Origin: an uncultured bacterium
Lineage (GTDB): Bacteria; Krumholzibacteriota; Krumholzibacteriia; G020349025
Direction of reading: 5' to 3'
Assembly: GCA_964567755.1 (NCBI GenBank)
Contig: CAZMNW010000020.1
Location: 7,401-71,400, forward strand
Length of the DNA: 64,000 nucleotides
Positions 19,992 through 29,401 of the stretch are shown here, piece by piece. Each line of letters starts with the position of its first letter. The first letter of the stretch is position 1. The notes under the pieces were generated by a model. It was not told where the DNA came from. It saw only the letters and a list, made by a program, of their open reading frames with translations, and made no database searches. The translations under genes and the position numbers were made by a program.

Positions 19992-20534
19992 ATGAACCTG
20001 CTCATCGTCGGTCTCGGCATCGCAGGCCTGGCGGTCGTCGTATTCGCCGCGCGCAAAGTGGGTCTTGCCTACTGGCGGTCGCGTGGAGAACGGCTCGTCA
20101 CGTGCCCGGAAACGCAGGCGCCGGCCGGCGTGGAACTGGATGCGAAGGGCGCGGCGTTGGCGGCGCTGCGCGGCCAACGTCACTTCGAGCTCGAGAAGTG
20201 CACACGATGGCCCGAGCGCGCCGGCTGCGGACAGGATTGTCTGCAGGAAATCGCATCCACACAGGACGGTTGTCGGGTGCACGCCATTCTCGCGGCATGG
20301 TACACGGGGAAATCGTGTGTTCTCTGTGGCAGGGACTTGAGTCGCATCGACTGGACGAGCCATCGCCCGGCGTTGATGGATTCTGGCCGCAAGATCGTGC
20401 AGTGGGCCAACATGGCTGCAGTGGACGTGCCAGGGCTCTTGGAGACGCACCAGCCGGTGTGCTGGGACTGTCAGATCATCGAGTCGCTCGTCCAGCAGCA
20501 TCCGGAACGGGTGACTGTCCGTCCGCCGCACTGA
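19992..20534 (+). CDS. membrane-anchored Cys-rich (putative metal/redox-binding) protein
   Basis: RBS AGGAGGAAAGGAGGG. One N-terminal TM 'LLIVGLGIAGLAVVVFAA'. Ten Cys including 'CVLCG' and 'CWDCQ' pairs. Confidence 0.55.
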   Translation: MNLLIVGLGIAGLAVVVFAARKVGLAYWRSRGERLVTCPETQAPAGVELDAKGAALAALRGQRHFELEKCTRWPERAGCGQDCLQEIASTQDGCRVHAILAAWYTGKSCVLCGRDLSRIDWTSHRPALMDSGRKIVQWANMAAVDVPGLLETHQPVCWDCQIIESLVQQHPERVTVRPPH

Positions 20535-22146
20535 CAGGCTCGAGGAGACCGAGGAAGCTGCGGGTGATGGTGTCGGCATCCGCGTCAATGCGCCAGCAAC
20601 CGTGCGCGTTCCAATGCAGCGCCGGCAGCAACGAGTGCTGCCGATTGCGGTTCACTTCGGCGTGAGCTTGGTGCATGCGAGCAATCAATTGCTCGGTGTC
20701 CAGCTCTTGTGTTGCCGCCACCATGATCCAGGTCGGTGGCCGCGATGGATAGAGGAGATCGGTGCGCCGGATGTTGTCCTCGAGGAAATCCTGCAGAGCC
20801 TGGAGCGTGCTTGCGTCCGTGGAGTCGGCGGTGGCGGTGAGGAGAGACGCATACACGGCGTCATTACGCATCGATCGCACCCGCTCGAGATAGAGCGGCA
20901 AGAACAGGTGCGGCTCCTCGCGCGGCACGGTGAACGAGAACGTGCTGCCGGCCCCGAGCTGACTCTGCACGTGCAAGCGCCCGTAGTTGAGCAGCACCAG
21001 CTCCTTGACGATGTTGAGCCCGAGCCCGAAGCCCTTGGCGCTGGAGCGCGCGTTGCCGTCGAGCTGTTTGAAACGCTCGAAGATGATCTCCAGGTTCTCC
21101 GGCGCGATCCCAGGCCCGTGGTCGGTCAGCCCCACCTCGATTTCACGGTCGTCTGCGGCCGGACGCACCCACAGATGCACCGCCGTGCCGGCGTCGGTGA
21201 ACTTGACCGCGTTGACGCCGAGATTGATGAGGATGCGCCCAATCTTCTCGGGATCCCCGTAAATGCACGGCAGAGTCTCCGGAGCCTCCACCAGCAACTG
21301 CACCTGGGCTTTGGCCGCCTTGCGTTCGAGCGTCGGCAGCACGCGCGCGAAGATGTCGCTCATACGGCAAGGGCGCCGTGAAGTCCGCAGCAGATCCGCT
21401 TCGATGCGGCTGATATCGAGTAGGTCCTCGACGAGCACGTGCAGATCATCGACACGACGCATGATGGTGTCGAGATATTCGCGTTGCTGCTCGCTCGAAC
21501 CGCTCTCGAGTTCCTCGCCGACGGCAGCGGCGTATTCCTTGATCACCGTGAGCGGGGTCCGAAATTCGTGCGAGACGTTGTCGACGAATTGGTGTGCCGT
21601 GCTGTAGAGCTCGCGCAGGCGCTGATTTTGGTTCTCCAGCGAGGTTTTGGCCCCGGCCAGCTCATCCGCGTGGAGTCGGGATTCCTCGGTACGTTCGGTC
21701 ACACGCTCTTCCAGCGTTTCGTTCAGCTGGCGTAGCTCTTGTTCGATGCGTTTGCGTTCCACGATCTCACGATGTAGCTCTGCGTTGGTACTGGCGACGG
21801 CGCGGCCGTAGCTCTTGCAGTATTTGAGCTCGCGCCGCCGCGCTTCGAGGATCTGACCGCGCAGGTTGACCACCCGACGTTCTTGTTCGGTGAGGTACCA
21901 CACGAGCGCGGTGATCAGGAGCGACAGTCCGGCGAGTAGGGCCTGGTCCGTGTGTGCCCAGGGCCAGAGATGGGTGAACTCGCGGTTGAGCAATGGCGCC
22001 ATCGCGATGGCGAGCCCCGTGGTGGACAGCAGGCTGGTTGTGATGAGGATGAACCAGTTCTTGCGCGTGCGCTTCTCGAGCTGCGTGTGCTCCACGATGT
22101 CAGAGCGCAGCATTTCCTCGAGCGGCTGTTGGTATCGTAGATCCAT
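20476..22146 (-). CDS. sensor histidine kinase (two TM, coiled coil, HisKA, HATPase_c) with an extra roughly 150-aa C-terminal domain
   Basis: H-box 'VSHEFRTPLTVI'. N-box 'LINLGVNAVKFT'. G-boxes 'DHGPGI' and 'GFGLGLNIV'. Start at 'MDLRYQQ'. The 3' end overlaps the convergent 19992-20534 gene by about 59 bp. Confidence 0.85.
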   Translation of the reverse strand: MDLRYQQPLEEMLRSDIVEHTQLEKRTRKNWFILITTSLLSTTGLAIAMAPLLNREFTHLWPWAHTDQALLAGLSLLITALVWYLTEQERRVVNLRGQILEARRRELKYCKSYGRAVASTNAELHREIVERKRIEQELRQLNETLEERVTERTEESRLHADELAGAKTSLENQNQRLRELYSTAHQFVDNVSHEFRTPLTVIKEYAAAVGEELESGSSEQQREYLDTIMRRVDDLHVLVEDLLDISRIEADLLRTSRRPCRMSDIFARVLPTLERKAAKAQVQLLVEAPETLPCIYGDPEKIGRILINLGVNAVKFTDAGTAVHLWVRPAADDREIEVGLTDHGPGIAPENLEIIFERFKQLDGNARSSAKGFGLGLNIVKELVLLNYGRLHVQSQLGAGSTFSFTVPREEPHLFLPLYLERVRSMRNDAVYASLLTATADSTDASTLQALQDFLEDNIRRTDLLYPSRPPTWIMVAATQELDTEQLIARMHQAHAEVNRNRQHSLLPALHWNAHGCWRIDADADTITRSFLGLLEPVSAADGQSPVPDAAGRATR

Positions 22147-22349
22147 ACGGCCTGCGCCAGGCTCGGGTGTGTCTCGAAGAGGAATCGATGTGGCCCGAAC
22201 AGCAACCGACGTGCCACGCAATGTTGCGATCCCGACGCCTGGAGAATGGCGTGATGGTGCGGAATGTGGCGCCTGGTGTACCGTAAGGGCAACGGTGACG
22301 TTGCGGAACAGCTTGCGATGCGAAGCCGCTGGCACCTTGGAGATGGGTC

Positions 22350-23255
22350 ATGAACGTGCTGCTCACAGGCGCGTCGGGCTTGATCGGACGCGCGCTCACG
22401 GTGGGGTTGCACGCGCGTGGTCATTCCGTGCGGCCGCTCGCTCGTGGCGGGAAACCCGAGGCGTCCTGGGATCCACTGCGGGGCGTCCTGCCTGCGGATG
22501 TCATGAGCGGGATCGATGCGGTCGTGCATCTTGCCGGCGAGAGCATCGCGGGACTGTGGACCGGAGCGAAGAAGCGCGCCATCCGCGACAGCCGCTTGCT
22601 GGGCACCCGTCTGCTGTGCACGCGCATGGCCGAGCTGCCTCGGCCACCCTCGGTGTTGGTGACCGCCTCCGCCATCGGCTATTACGGGGATCGAGCCGAA
22701 GCGACTCTCACCGAAGCGGACGAGAGCGGGTCGGGATTCCTTGCTGAAACCTGCTTGAAGTGCGAAAGCGCGACCGCGCCGTTGGAAACGCTGGGAGTCC
22801 GCGTCGTCCGCGTGCGTTTCGGTCTGGTGCTCGCAGCGGATGGTGGCATCCTGGCACGCATGGTCGGGCCCTTTCGTTACGGCCTGGGTGGGCATCTGGG
22901 GGATGGCCGGCAGTTCATGAGCTGGGTTGGGCTCGAGGACGCAGTAGGGGTGCTGATGCATGTCTTGGACACTCAGAGTCTGCGCGGTGCCGTGAACGCG
23001 GTCGCGCCAGTTCCGGTCACCAACGCGGAGTTCACCCGCACGCTCGCTCGAGTCCTGCACAGACCGGCGCGGTTCCATGTCCCCGCATTCCTGTTGCGCG
23101 CGTTGTTCGGACGGATGGCGGACGAATGCGTGCTCGCCAGCGCGCGCGTGCTGCCACAACAGCTGGAGGCCAGCGGTTACCGCTTCCGCCATCCAGAGCT
23201 CGAATCGGCGCTGCGGCACGTGCTCGCCCTCCCAGATCCCGGGAAGACGTCGTGA
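22350..23255 (+). CDS. TIGR01777-family (YfcH-like) NAD-dependent epimerase/dehydratase with DUF1731
   Basis: 'MNVLLTGASGLIGRAL' Rossmann motif. Length is about 300 aa. Confidence 0.8.
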   Translation: MNVLLTGASGLIGRALTVGLHARGHSVRPLARGGKPEASWDPLRGVLPADVMSGIDAVVHLAGESIAGLWTGAKKRAIRDSRLLGTRLLCTRMAELPRPPSVLVTASAIGYYGDRAEATLTEADESGSGFLAETCLKCESATAPLETLGVRVVRVRFGLVLAADGGILARMVGPFRYGLGGHLGDGRQFMSWVGLEDAVGVLMHVLDTQSLRGAVNAVAPVPVTNAEFTRTLARVLHRPARFHVPAFLLRALFGRMADECVLASARVLPQQLEASGYRFRHPELESALRHVLALPDPGKTS

Positions 23256-24211
23256 GCCGCGCGGCTGGCAATCTGGTGATCGGCATCTCGTCCTGCGTTC
23301 TCGGCGAAGAGGTGCGCTACGACGGCGGCCACAAACGCGCCGCCTTCGTCACCGACGTGCTCGCGCGTTTCGTGCAATTCGTCTCGGTGTGCCCCGAGGT
23401 GGACCTTGGACTCGGAGTTCCGCGCGAGACGATTCACTTGGTGGCGCGGGAGAACGAGATTCGATTGTTGGGGACACGCAGCGAACGTGATCACACCGAC
23501 GCCATGCGTACCTACGCACGGCGCAAGATGAAAGAGCTCGAGCGCCTCGATCTTTCGGGCTACATCTTGAAGAAGGACTCCCCGAGCTGCGGCATGACGC
23601 GTGTCCGTGTCTATTCCGGCACCGGACCGGCGACGCGTGCCGGCGTCGGCATGTACGCCGCGGCGCTTCTGGCCGCCTTCCCCGATCTGCCCGTCGAGGA
23701 AGAGGGACGCCTGTTGGATGCGCGCCTGCGCGAGAACTTCGTCGAACGCGTGTTCGCCTATCGTCGAGTGCAAACGCTGTTCACGGCACGGTGGACGATG
23801 GGAGACCTGGTGCGCTTTCACACGGCTGAAAAGTTGCTGCACCTGGCGCACGACCCAGCCACCTACACGGCGCTGGGGCGCTTGGTGGCGACGGCGCGCG
23901 GGCGCGAGCGGCCGACGGTGGCTGCGACCTATCGCCGCACCTGCATGCAGGGACTGACCAAGCTGGCCACTGTGCGCAAGCATGTCAACGTGCTGCAGCA
24001 TATCCAGGGCTACTTCAAAAAGTGCGCGAGCGATGCGGACCGGCGCGAGTTGCAAGGGATCGTCGACGATTTTGGAGCTGGCCTCGTGCCACTCGTCGTC
24101 CCCATCACCTTGATCCGACATCTGGCACGTCGCTACGAAGTGGCGTATCTCGTCGGACAAACGTATCTCGAACCGCACCCGAAGGAGCTCATGCTGCGCA
24201 ATCACGTGTGA
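23252..24211 (+). CDS. YbgA-like DUF523/DUF1722 protein
   Basis: 'LVIGISSCVLGEEVRYDGGHK' is a DUF523 N-terminus. GTG start overlaps the upstream stop (GTGA). Confidence 0.75.
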   Translation: MSRAAGNLVIGISSCVLGEEVRYDGGHKRAAFVTDVLARFVQFVSVCPEVDLGLGVPRETIHLVARENEIRLLGTRSERDHTDAMRTYARRKMKELERLDLSGYILKKDSPSCGMTRVRVYSGTGPATRAGVGMYAAALLAAFPDLPVEEEGRLLDARLRENFVERVFAYRRVQTLFTARWTMGDLVRFHTAEKLLHLAHDPATYTALGRLVATARGRERPTVAATYRRTCMQGLTKLATVRKHVNVLQHIQGYFKKCASDADRRELQGIVDDFGAGLVPLVVPITLIRHLARRYEVAYLVGQTYLEPHPKELMLRNHV

Positions 24212-24364
24212 GACTCCCGGCCGCCGCCAGGCGTGCAACCAGGTTCCTGTACCGATCGGCATGCAGAGCTCGTGGCGTGCCTGCTAGTGTCCGGAACTCA
24301 TAGTCTCAGCAACTTTCTGAGACGCGTTGCGTAGCCCGAGTAGACTTTCGAGAGGAGGACTCGG

Positions 24365-24815
24365 ATGCGCGGAGGACCACGGTTGCCGATCTTGAACCTG
24401 AGCCCGTACGAGCGCAGCGAACGCCTCGAGCAATGGACTCGGCGTCCGAAGACGGGCCAAGGCTTGGCGCGACGCCCGCGTGAATCGTTCTATCCGCCGC
24501 GGGTGGAGCAATACGGCAGTCGGCGCCAAACCTGGGATGACAAAGCGAATCGTCGGCAAGTGGCGTAGTCGCTTTCTCGAAAAACGTTTGGACAGACTGT
24601 TCGATGAGCCGCGCCCGGGAGCACCGCGACGGGTCAGCGATGCGCGGGTGGAAGAAGTGATCACGAAGACTCTGGAGACGACCCCTCGCGATGCGACGCA
24701 TTGGAGCACACGCTCGATGGCGGAAGCGGTCGGGCTGAGCCATACAACGATCGTGGTAAGCGGTCATTCTGCGGAGCATTTCGTGATTTCGGCCGATGCC
24801 GTAGAAGAGGGCTGA
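24365..24815 (+). pseudogene. IS630-family transposase gene, frameshifted and 3'-truncated
   Basis: 'LSPYERSERLEQWTRRPKTGQGLARR' continues in another frame. 'GMTKRIVGKWRSRFLEKRLD...DEPRPGAPRRVSD...ATHWSTRSMAEAVGLSHTTIV' matches the IS630 Tnp N-terminal half. The coding sequence ends abruptly where IS66 begins. Confidence 0.7.
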
Positions 24816-24848
24816 CGAGAGCCGGTCCTTTTTTACGAATCGGAGGCG

Positions 24849-25136
24849 ATGATGGAATTGAAGTCGAGCCGTCGAGTGCAGCGCAGCGCGTCTGATTGGC
24901 AAGCAATCCAGCAGCGGTTTGAGGCTAGCGGTCGAAGTCTGGCGGCATTCTGCCGTGCCGAGGGGATCTCGCGCAGCTCGTTCGATGTCTGGCGGCGGAA
25001 GCTGCGAGTGCCCAAGAGCGCAAAGAAGGCGGCGCGGGAGTTCGTCGAGCTGACGCCTGTGTCCGCGCCGATGATCGGCGGCTGGACGGTGGAGATCGAG
25101 CTGCCGGATGGTCGGCTCGCCCGGCTGCGGTGTTAA
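24849..25136 (+). CDS. tnpA: IS66 accessory protein TnpA
   Basis: 95 aa. 'SDWQAIQQRFEASGRSLAAFCRAEGISRSSFDVWRRKL' is an IS66 Orf1 HTH. Confidence 0.7.
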   Translation: MMELKSSRRVQRSASDWQAIQQRFEASGRSLAAFCRAEGISRSSFDVWRRKLRVPKSAKKAAREFVELTPVSAPMIGGWTVEIELPDGRLARLRC

Positions 25137-25139
25137 GCC

Positions 25140-25517
25140 GTGCTGTTCGCGCACGGACCGCGGCGGATCCTGGCCTACCGACGCCCCGTCGACATGCGAA
25201 AGTCGATTGATGGGCTGGTGGCCCTGGTGCAAGGCGCGCTGCAGGAAGACGCACTCTCCAGCAGCCTGTACGTGTTCTTCAACCGGCGCGGGAACTATCT
25301 GAAGTTGGTGACGTGGGATCGGACGGGATTCAGTTTGTTTGCAAAGCGTCTCGAGCACGGCCGATTCGTTCTTCCGGGTGAAGCGGAGAAGGTAGAGTTG
25401 AGTGCGCGTGCATTCGAATTGATTCTTGATGGAATAGTTCTTGGAGCACGGCGCATGCATCGTGTAGAAAGGATGCATGACGCCGCTGGAAGAGAAGGCC
25501 GGATCGCTCAACCGTGA
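25140..25517 (+). CDS. tnpB: IS66 accessory protein TnpB (Orf2)
   Basis: 'PVDMRKSIDGLVALVQ...LYVFFNRRGNYLKLVTWDRTGFSLFAKRLEHGRF' is a canonical IS66 Orf2. Confidence 0.75.
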   Translation: MLFAHGPRRILAYRRPVDMRKSIDGLVALVQGALQEDALSSSLYVFFNRRGNYLKLVTWDRTGFSLFAKRLEHGRFVLPGEAEKVELSARAFELILDGIVLGARRMHRVERMHDAAGREGRIAQP

Positions 25518-26301
25518 CGAGATCGTGAAGCTGTTGGTGTCGGAGCAAGAGCTCACGACGCGGGTCGCGGAACTGCAGCGGCAACTGGAGTGGTTCAAGC
25601 GCCAGATGTTTGGCTCCAAGTCGGAACGCCGGATCCTGTCGCCGGATGGCCGGCAGCTCGGGCTGGGCGAACAGCTCGGCGCGACGACACCGGCCGCGGC
25701 AGTCACGGACGAGACGGTTCGCAGCTACGTCCGTCGGCGCCGGAAGGATCCTCTCGAGGGCGCTTCGGACGACAGCGGTCTGCGCTTCGATCCATCGGTT
25801 CCAGTGCGCGAGATCCAGATCCCAAACCCCGAGATCGCGGATCTGCCTCCAGAGAGCTACACCGTCATCGGCAAGAAGGAGACTTGTCGGCTGGCCCAGG
25901 AGCCGGGCGCGTACGTGGTGCTTCGATACGTGCGCGAGGTGGTGAAGCTCAAGAAGGAAGGAACCTTCTCGTGTCCGCCGGCGCCGCCCTCGGTGTTGGA
26001 GAAGAGTTTCGCGGACGTGAGCTTGCTGGTGGGAATCCTCATCGACAAGTTCCGCTTCTATTTGCCGCTTTACCGCCAGCATCAGCGCTTGGCGGCGAGC
26101 GGGATCCACCTGGGCCGGTCGACTCTGACGCAATGGGTGCACGCGGTGATCGCGCTGTTGGAGCCGATCTACATGGCACAGTGGGAATCGGTGCTGTCGA
26201 GCTCGTTGCTGATCATGGACGAGACGCCGCATCGAGACCCATCCGGCACGGGACGTCCATTTGCTCACGCCGCGATTGTGGAAGCAGCACTTCGCCGCTG
26301 A
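25477..26301 (+). pseudogene. tnpC: IS66 transposase TnpC, N-terminal 274 aa only
   Basis: Coiled-coil leader 'ELQRQLEWFKRQMFGSKSER' and 'RFYLPLYRQHQRLAASGIHLGRSTLTQWV' match IS66 TnpC. The catalytic DDE part is missing. Confidence 0.7.
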
Positions 26302-26583
26302 CCCCTTGCGATCCGATCTCGATCGCATCCGTCAACGCTCCGCTGCCTGACCGCTTTTTGCCGGCGTTTCCCCCAGAATCGCAAAGGTTCCTCGAAATCG
26401 CGCCGCCGCGAAAGACTCTGTTCTTCTACCGCTTACCGATCGTGAATCTGGGCGTCGCACGTCGCACGACCCCAGTCGACGCATGACCGTCTTGGCGAAT
26501 CTCAGGTTGCGAGCGATGAATCGATGAATGGGGACCCAAGGATAGCGCCAGGAGGACGCGAAGGTCGATGCGCCCCTGCGCCA

Positions 26584-28368
26584 TCAGATCGCGCGATAAT
26601 GCCTCGGACCGTAGTGCAGGATGCGGTAGGGCTGGATCACATAGACATCGTCGCCGGCTCGTCCCCAAACCCGACTTCCACCTAGCGTCTCACTCAGGAA
26701 CGTCCACCGTGAACCGTCGTAGTGAAGGGACACGTGAGCGCCGACCGCATAGATGTCTCTGGAGGACTCTCCCCAGATGCCAGTGAGAGTGTCGGTGGAG
26801 GGACTCGTCATGGGCGTCCATTTGCCGTTCTCGAAATGCAGAATGGTTCCTTGAGCTCCAACGGCAACGAGGCATTGCGAATCTCCCCAGATCGCTTGAA
26901 GGCTCTCGGTCGTGTTGCTCACCATTAACTGCCATGACTTTCCGTCGTAATGGAGAATTGTACCGTCCTCGCCAACTGTATACACTTCGGAACCTGAGCG
27001 TCCCCACACGTCGTTCAAACCCACCGTAGTGTTGCTTTCCATAGTCACGAGGGTAGTCCCGTCGAAATGTGCAATCGCTCCATCCCAGCCAACAAAGAAA
27101 ATGTCACTAGAGTCACCACCCCACACGTGCGCTAGCCCTTCCGGGAAATGGGCCACTCGCAATCTCGTTCCATCAAGAAGCAGGGCAACAAGACCATAAT
27201 CCCCGATCGCGACCAAGGTATTGCCGGGGCCCGACCAAAGGTCCGAGATTGGTGCGCCATCGTCCATATAGATGTTGCGCCATGATGACCCATCAAAACG
27301 CAAGAGGCCTATGTAGTCACCTCCGACATAGATGTCTTGGTCGTTTCCGGAGATTGCCGTCAGATCCCGGTTGAAAGGCAGCAAATACTCACTCCGTTCC
27401 TGATTCCATGTCGCACCATCGAAGTGGAGAATAGTGGGAGGAACCCGTTCGTCTTCTCCACTGCCGACAACGAACACCTCGCCGTCCGGGCTCTCCCATA
27501 GATCTCGGATAGCAAGTGAGTACATTCCGTGACTAAGCCGCCAACCCTGCCCATCGTAATGATAGATGACATTCCCACCGGCGACGTAAACGTCATTGCT
27601 TGTAGAGCCCATGACTGTATTGAAGATAGGCCCGTAAGGCATTCTCGTGAGAGTCCACGTCCGGCCATCGTAGTGCAGAACGGTACCGTTCGGTCCAACG
27701 GCATACACGTCGTCACGAGAAGATGCCCAGATGTCATTTAGAGATTCGCTTGTCGTGAGAATCTCCGTCCACGAAGTGCCATCGTAGTACAGGACCGAAT
27801 GTTGTAGGGCCGCGAAAAGCTCACCAGTCGGAAGCCCCGAGATAGCGTAAATGTCCTCGGTGGTTCCGCTCTCTATGGGTGTCCATGATGAGCCGTCATA
27901 GCGCTGGATCATCCCGCCACCACCAGCCGCAAGCACATTGTCGACGGAAGTGCCCCAAAGATCATGAATGGGAGCAGTGGAATTGATACTCATGGGGGAA
28001 ACGACGGATCCATCAAAATGATACATGTAGTATTCGTAGACCCGGCTCCCACCGACGATGCTGCGTGAATAGCCGACGACAAAAATGTCCCGCGGTGACA
28101 CGCACAGTAGGGCGCTCCAATGAGAGAGTGGAGCATGGAACGGGATCGATACAGTCCATAGGGTGCCGTCATAATGCAAGAGGGTTCCGGCATGGCCAAG
28201 AGCATAGACATTGGTGCTCGAGCAACCGGACACGCCGGCGAGATCCTCACATGTCGCAAGAACGCTCCAGGATGAGTCCGGAACTGGCACTGGTGCCATT
28301 GGAGACATGGCGCATGAGCTTACCATTATCGTCAGGGAAAGAAGGGTGTATGGGGGAGCGAACATTCT
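26584..28368 (-). CDS. beta-propeller lipoprotein with about 14 BNR/Ycf48-like repeats
   Basis: Lipobox 'IMVSSC'. A roughly 42-aa unit 'WGxSxxDVYAVGxxGTILHYDGxxW' repeats about 14 times. Locally about 52-57% GC. RBS GAGGAA. Confidence 0.75.
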   Translation of the reverse strand, partial: RMFAPPYTLLSLTIMVSSCAMSPMAPVPVPDSSWSVLATCEDLAGVSGCSSTNVYALGHAGTLLHYDGTLWTVSIPFHAPLSHWSALLCVSPRDIFVVGYSRSIVGGSRVYEYYMYHFDGSVVSPMSINSTAPIHDLWGTSVDNVLAAGGGGMIQRYDGSSWTPIESGTTEDIYAISGLPTGELFAALQHSVLYYDGTSWTEILTTSESLNDIWASSRDDVYAVGPNGTVLHYDGRTWTLTRMPYGPIFNTVMGSTSNDVYVAGGNVIYHYDGQGWRLSHGMYSLAIRDLWESPDGEVFVVGSGEDERVPPTILHFDGATWNQERSEYLLPFNRDLTAISGNDQDIYVGGDYIGLLRFDGSSWRNIYMDDGAPISDLWSGPGNTLVAIGDYGLVALLLDGTRLRVAHFPEGLAHVWGGDSSDIFFVGWDGAIAHFDGTTLVTMESNTTVGLNDVWGRSGSEVYTVGEDGTILHYDGKSWQLMVSNTTESLQAIWGDSQCLVAVGAQGTILHFENGKWTPMTSPSTDTLTGIWGESSRDIYAVGAHVSLHYDGSRWTFLSETLGGSRVWGRAGDDVYVIQPYRILHYGPRHYRAI

Positions 28369-28558
28369 CATGACTTGATTCCTCAATCCAAGAGGGGGTG
28401 AAGGGGAGGGATGCTTTTTCCTTCGGGGTCTCGACAGGTGAAGAGCGCCGTATTCATTATGCACTCCCGATGCTGTCCAGCAAGAACCGGTGCAACCCAG
28501 GCGCCCAGGGGGGAGAAGAAATGTGCAACTTGCCCCACGGGTAACGAAAGGAGGGAAG

Positions 28559-29037
28559 TCATTGGAATCGCGTTACCCTATGATCTGGAATCTTTCTGAA
28601 CCTTTTCTCTCTCCGTCGCAAGGCTCGGTCCCGCTCTCGCGGGACCGGCTCGTATCGTGTCGTCATCCGAGGCTGCCTTATCAGTCGGCAGGCACGCCTC
28701 TCCGAGTAACCCTTCTTCTCCTCCAACCACCGCACCGCCCGTCGCCGACTGGACGGGCTTACCAGTTTTTTCGACTCAGCTCCTTGAGAGCGTCGATGTC
28801 CATCGCCTGGTCGGCCACGATCTTCTTCAGCCGGCTGTTCTCGCGCTCGAGCTCCTTGCGCCGACGCGCCTCGTCCATGGTCAAAGAACCGTACTGCTTG
28901 CGCCAGCGGTAGTACGTCTGCTCGTTCACCCCAAGGCGTTTGCAAACCTGCGCGACGCTGGCTCCCTCCGCCACCGCCTTGTCTGCCTCACGCAGCTTGC
29001 TGACCACCTGCGGCGCTGTGTGTCGCTTGCGTTTCAT
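28559..29037 (-). mobile_element. IS3-family remnant (orfA intact, orfB truncated after about 65 aa)
   Basis: orfA and a -1-frame orfB overlap at the slippery heptamer A AAA AAC (revcomp of 28774-28780 region). The orfB fragment is 'RRAVRWLEEKKGYSERRACRLIRQPRMTTRYEP'. Confidence 0.75.
28759..29037 (-). CDS. IS3-family transposase OrfA (HTH)
   Basis: 'KRKRHTAPQVVSKLREADKAVAEGASVAQVCKRLGVNEQTYYRWRKQYG' matches the IS3/IS911 OrfA family. Confidence 0.8.
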   Translation of the reverse strand: MKRKRHTAPQVVSKLREADKAVAEGASVAQVCKRLGVNEQTYYRWRKQYGSLTMDEARRRKELERENSRLKKIVADQAMDIDALKELSRKNW

Positions 29038-29401
29038 CGAGAATCCTCCTGCCCGTCCGGGCTGCTAAGACTCTCATAACACTTGGATCAGATTTCGGGG
29101 AGCACATCACCTCGACCTGCCGCTCAGTGGGCTTGACTCAGCTCCGGGGAGCTGATGGACCTCTCAGTCGATCTCTACACCCAAACCCATTGGAAGGTTG
29201 GTGTCCAACCCATGTTGGCAGAGAGGGCGCCCCGGGAAAGAAGGTCCAGAGAAACGCCATCAGAATGGTTGTTTTCATTGGACCCGTTCAGTGGGTTGAC
29301 ATGGAGGTCCTGGTGCGAAAATGATTTGACCTGCCGCCGCAACTGCCGCACCCTCGGTTGTATCTACGCTTCGACGGTTGCCGCAAGAATGGGGGACAGA
29401 G

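Larger units (their letters stand above)
24849..26301 (+). mobile_element. partial IS66-family element (tnpA-tnpB-tnpC', right part deleted)
   Basis: Three consecutive ORFs match the IS66 Orf1/Orf2/Orf3 architecture. Orf3 stops homology at 'LIMDETP', the start of the DDE domain. Confidence 0.75.

Noticed and set aside
24306-25706. 466-aa minus-strand ORF across the IS630/IS66 region
   Set aside because: The plus strand carries recognisable transposase fragments. The minus-strand product has no homology-like features and is Ser/Cys/Arg-rich noise.
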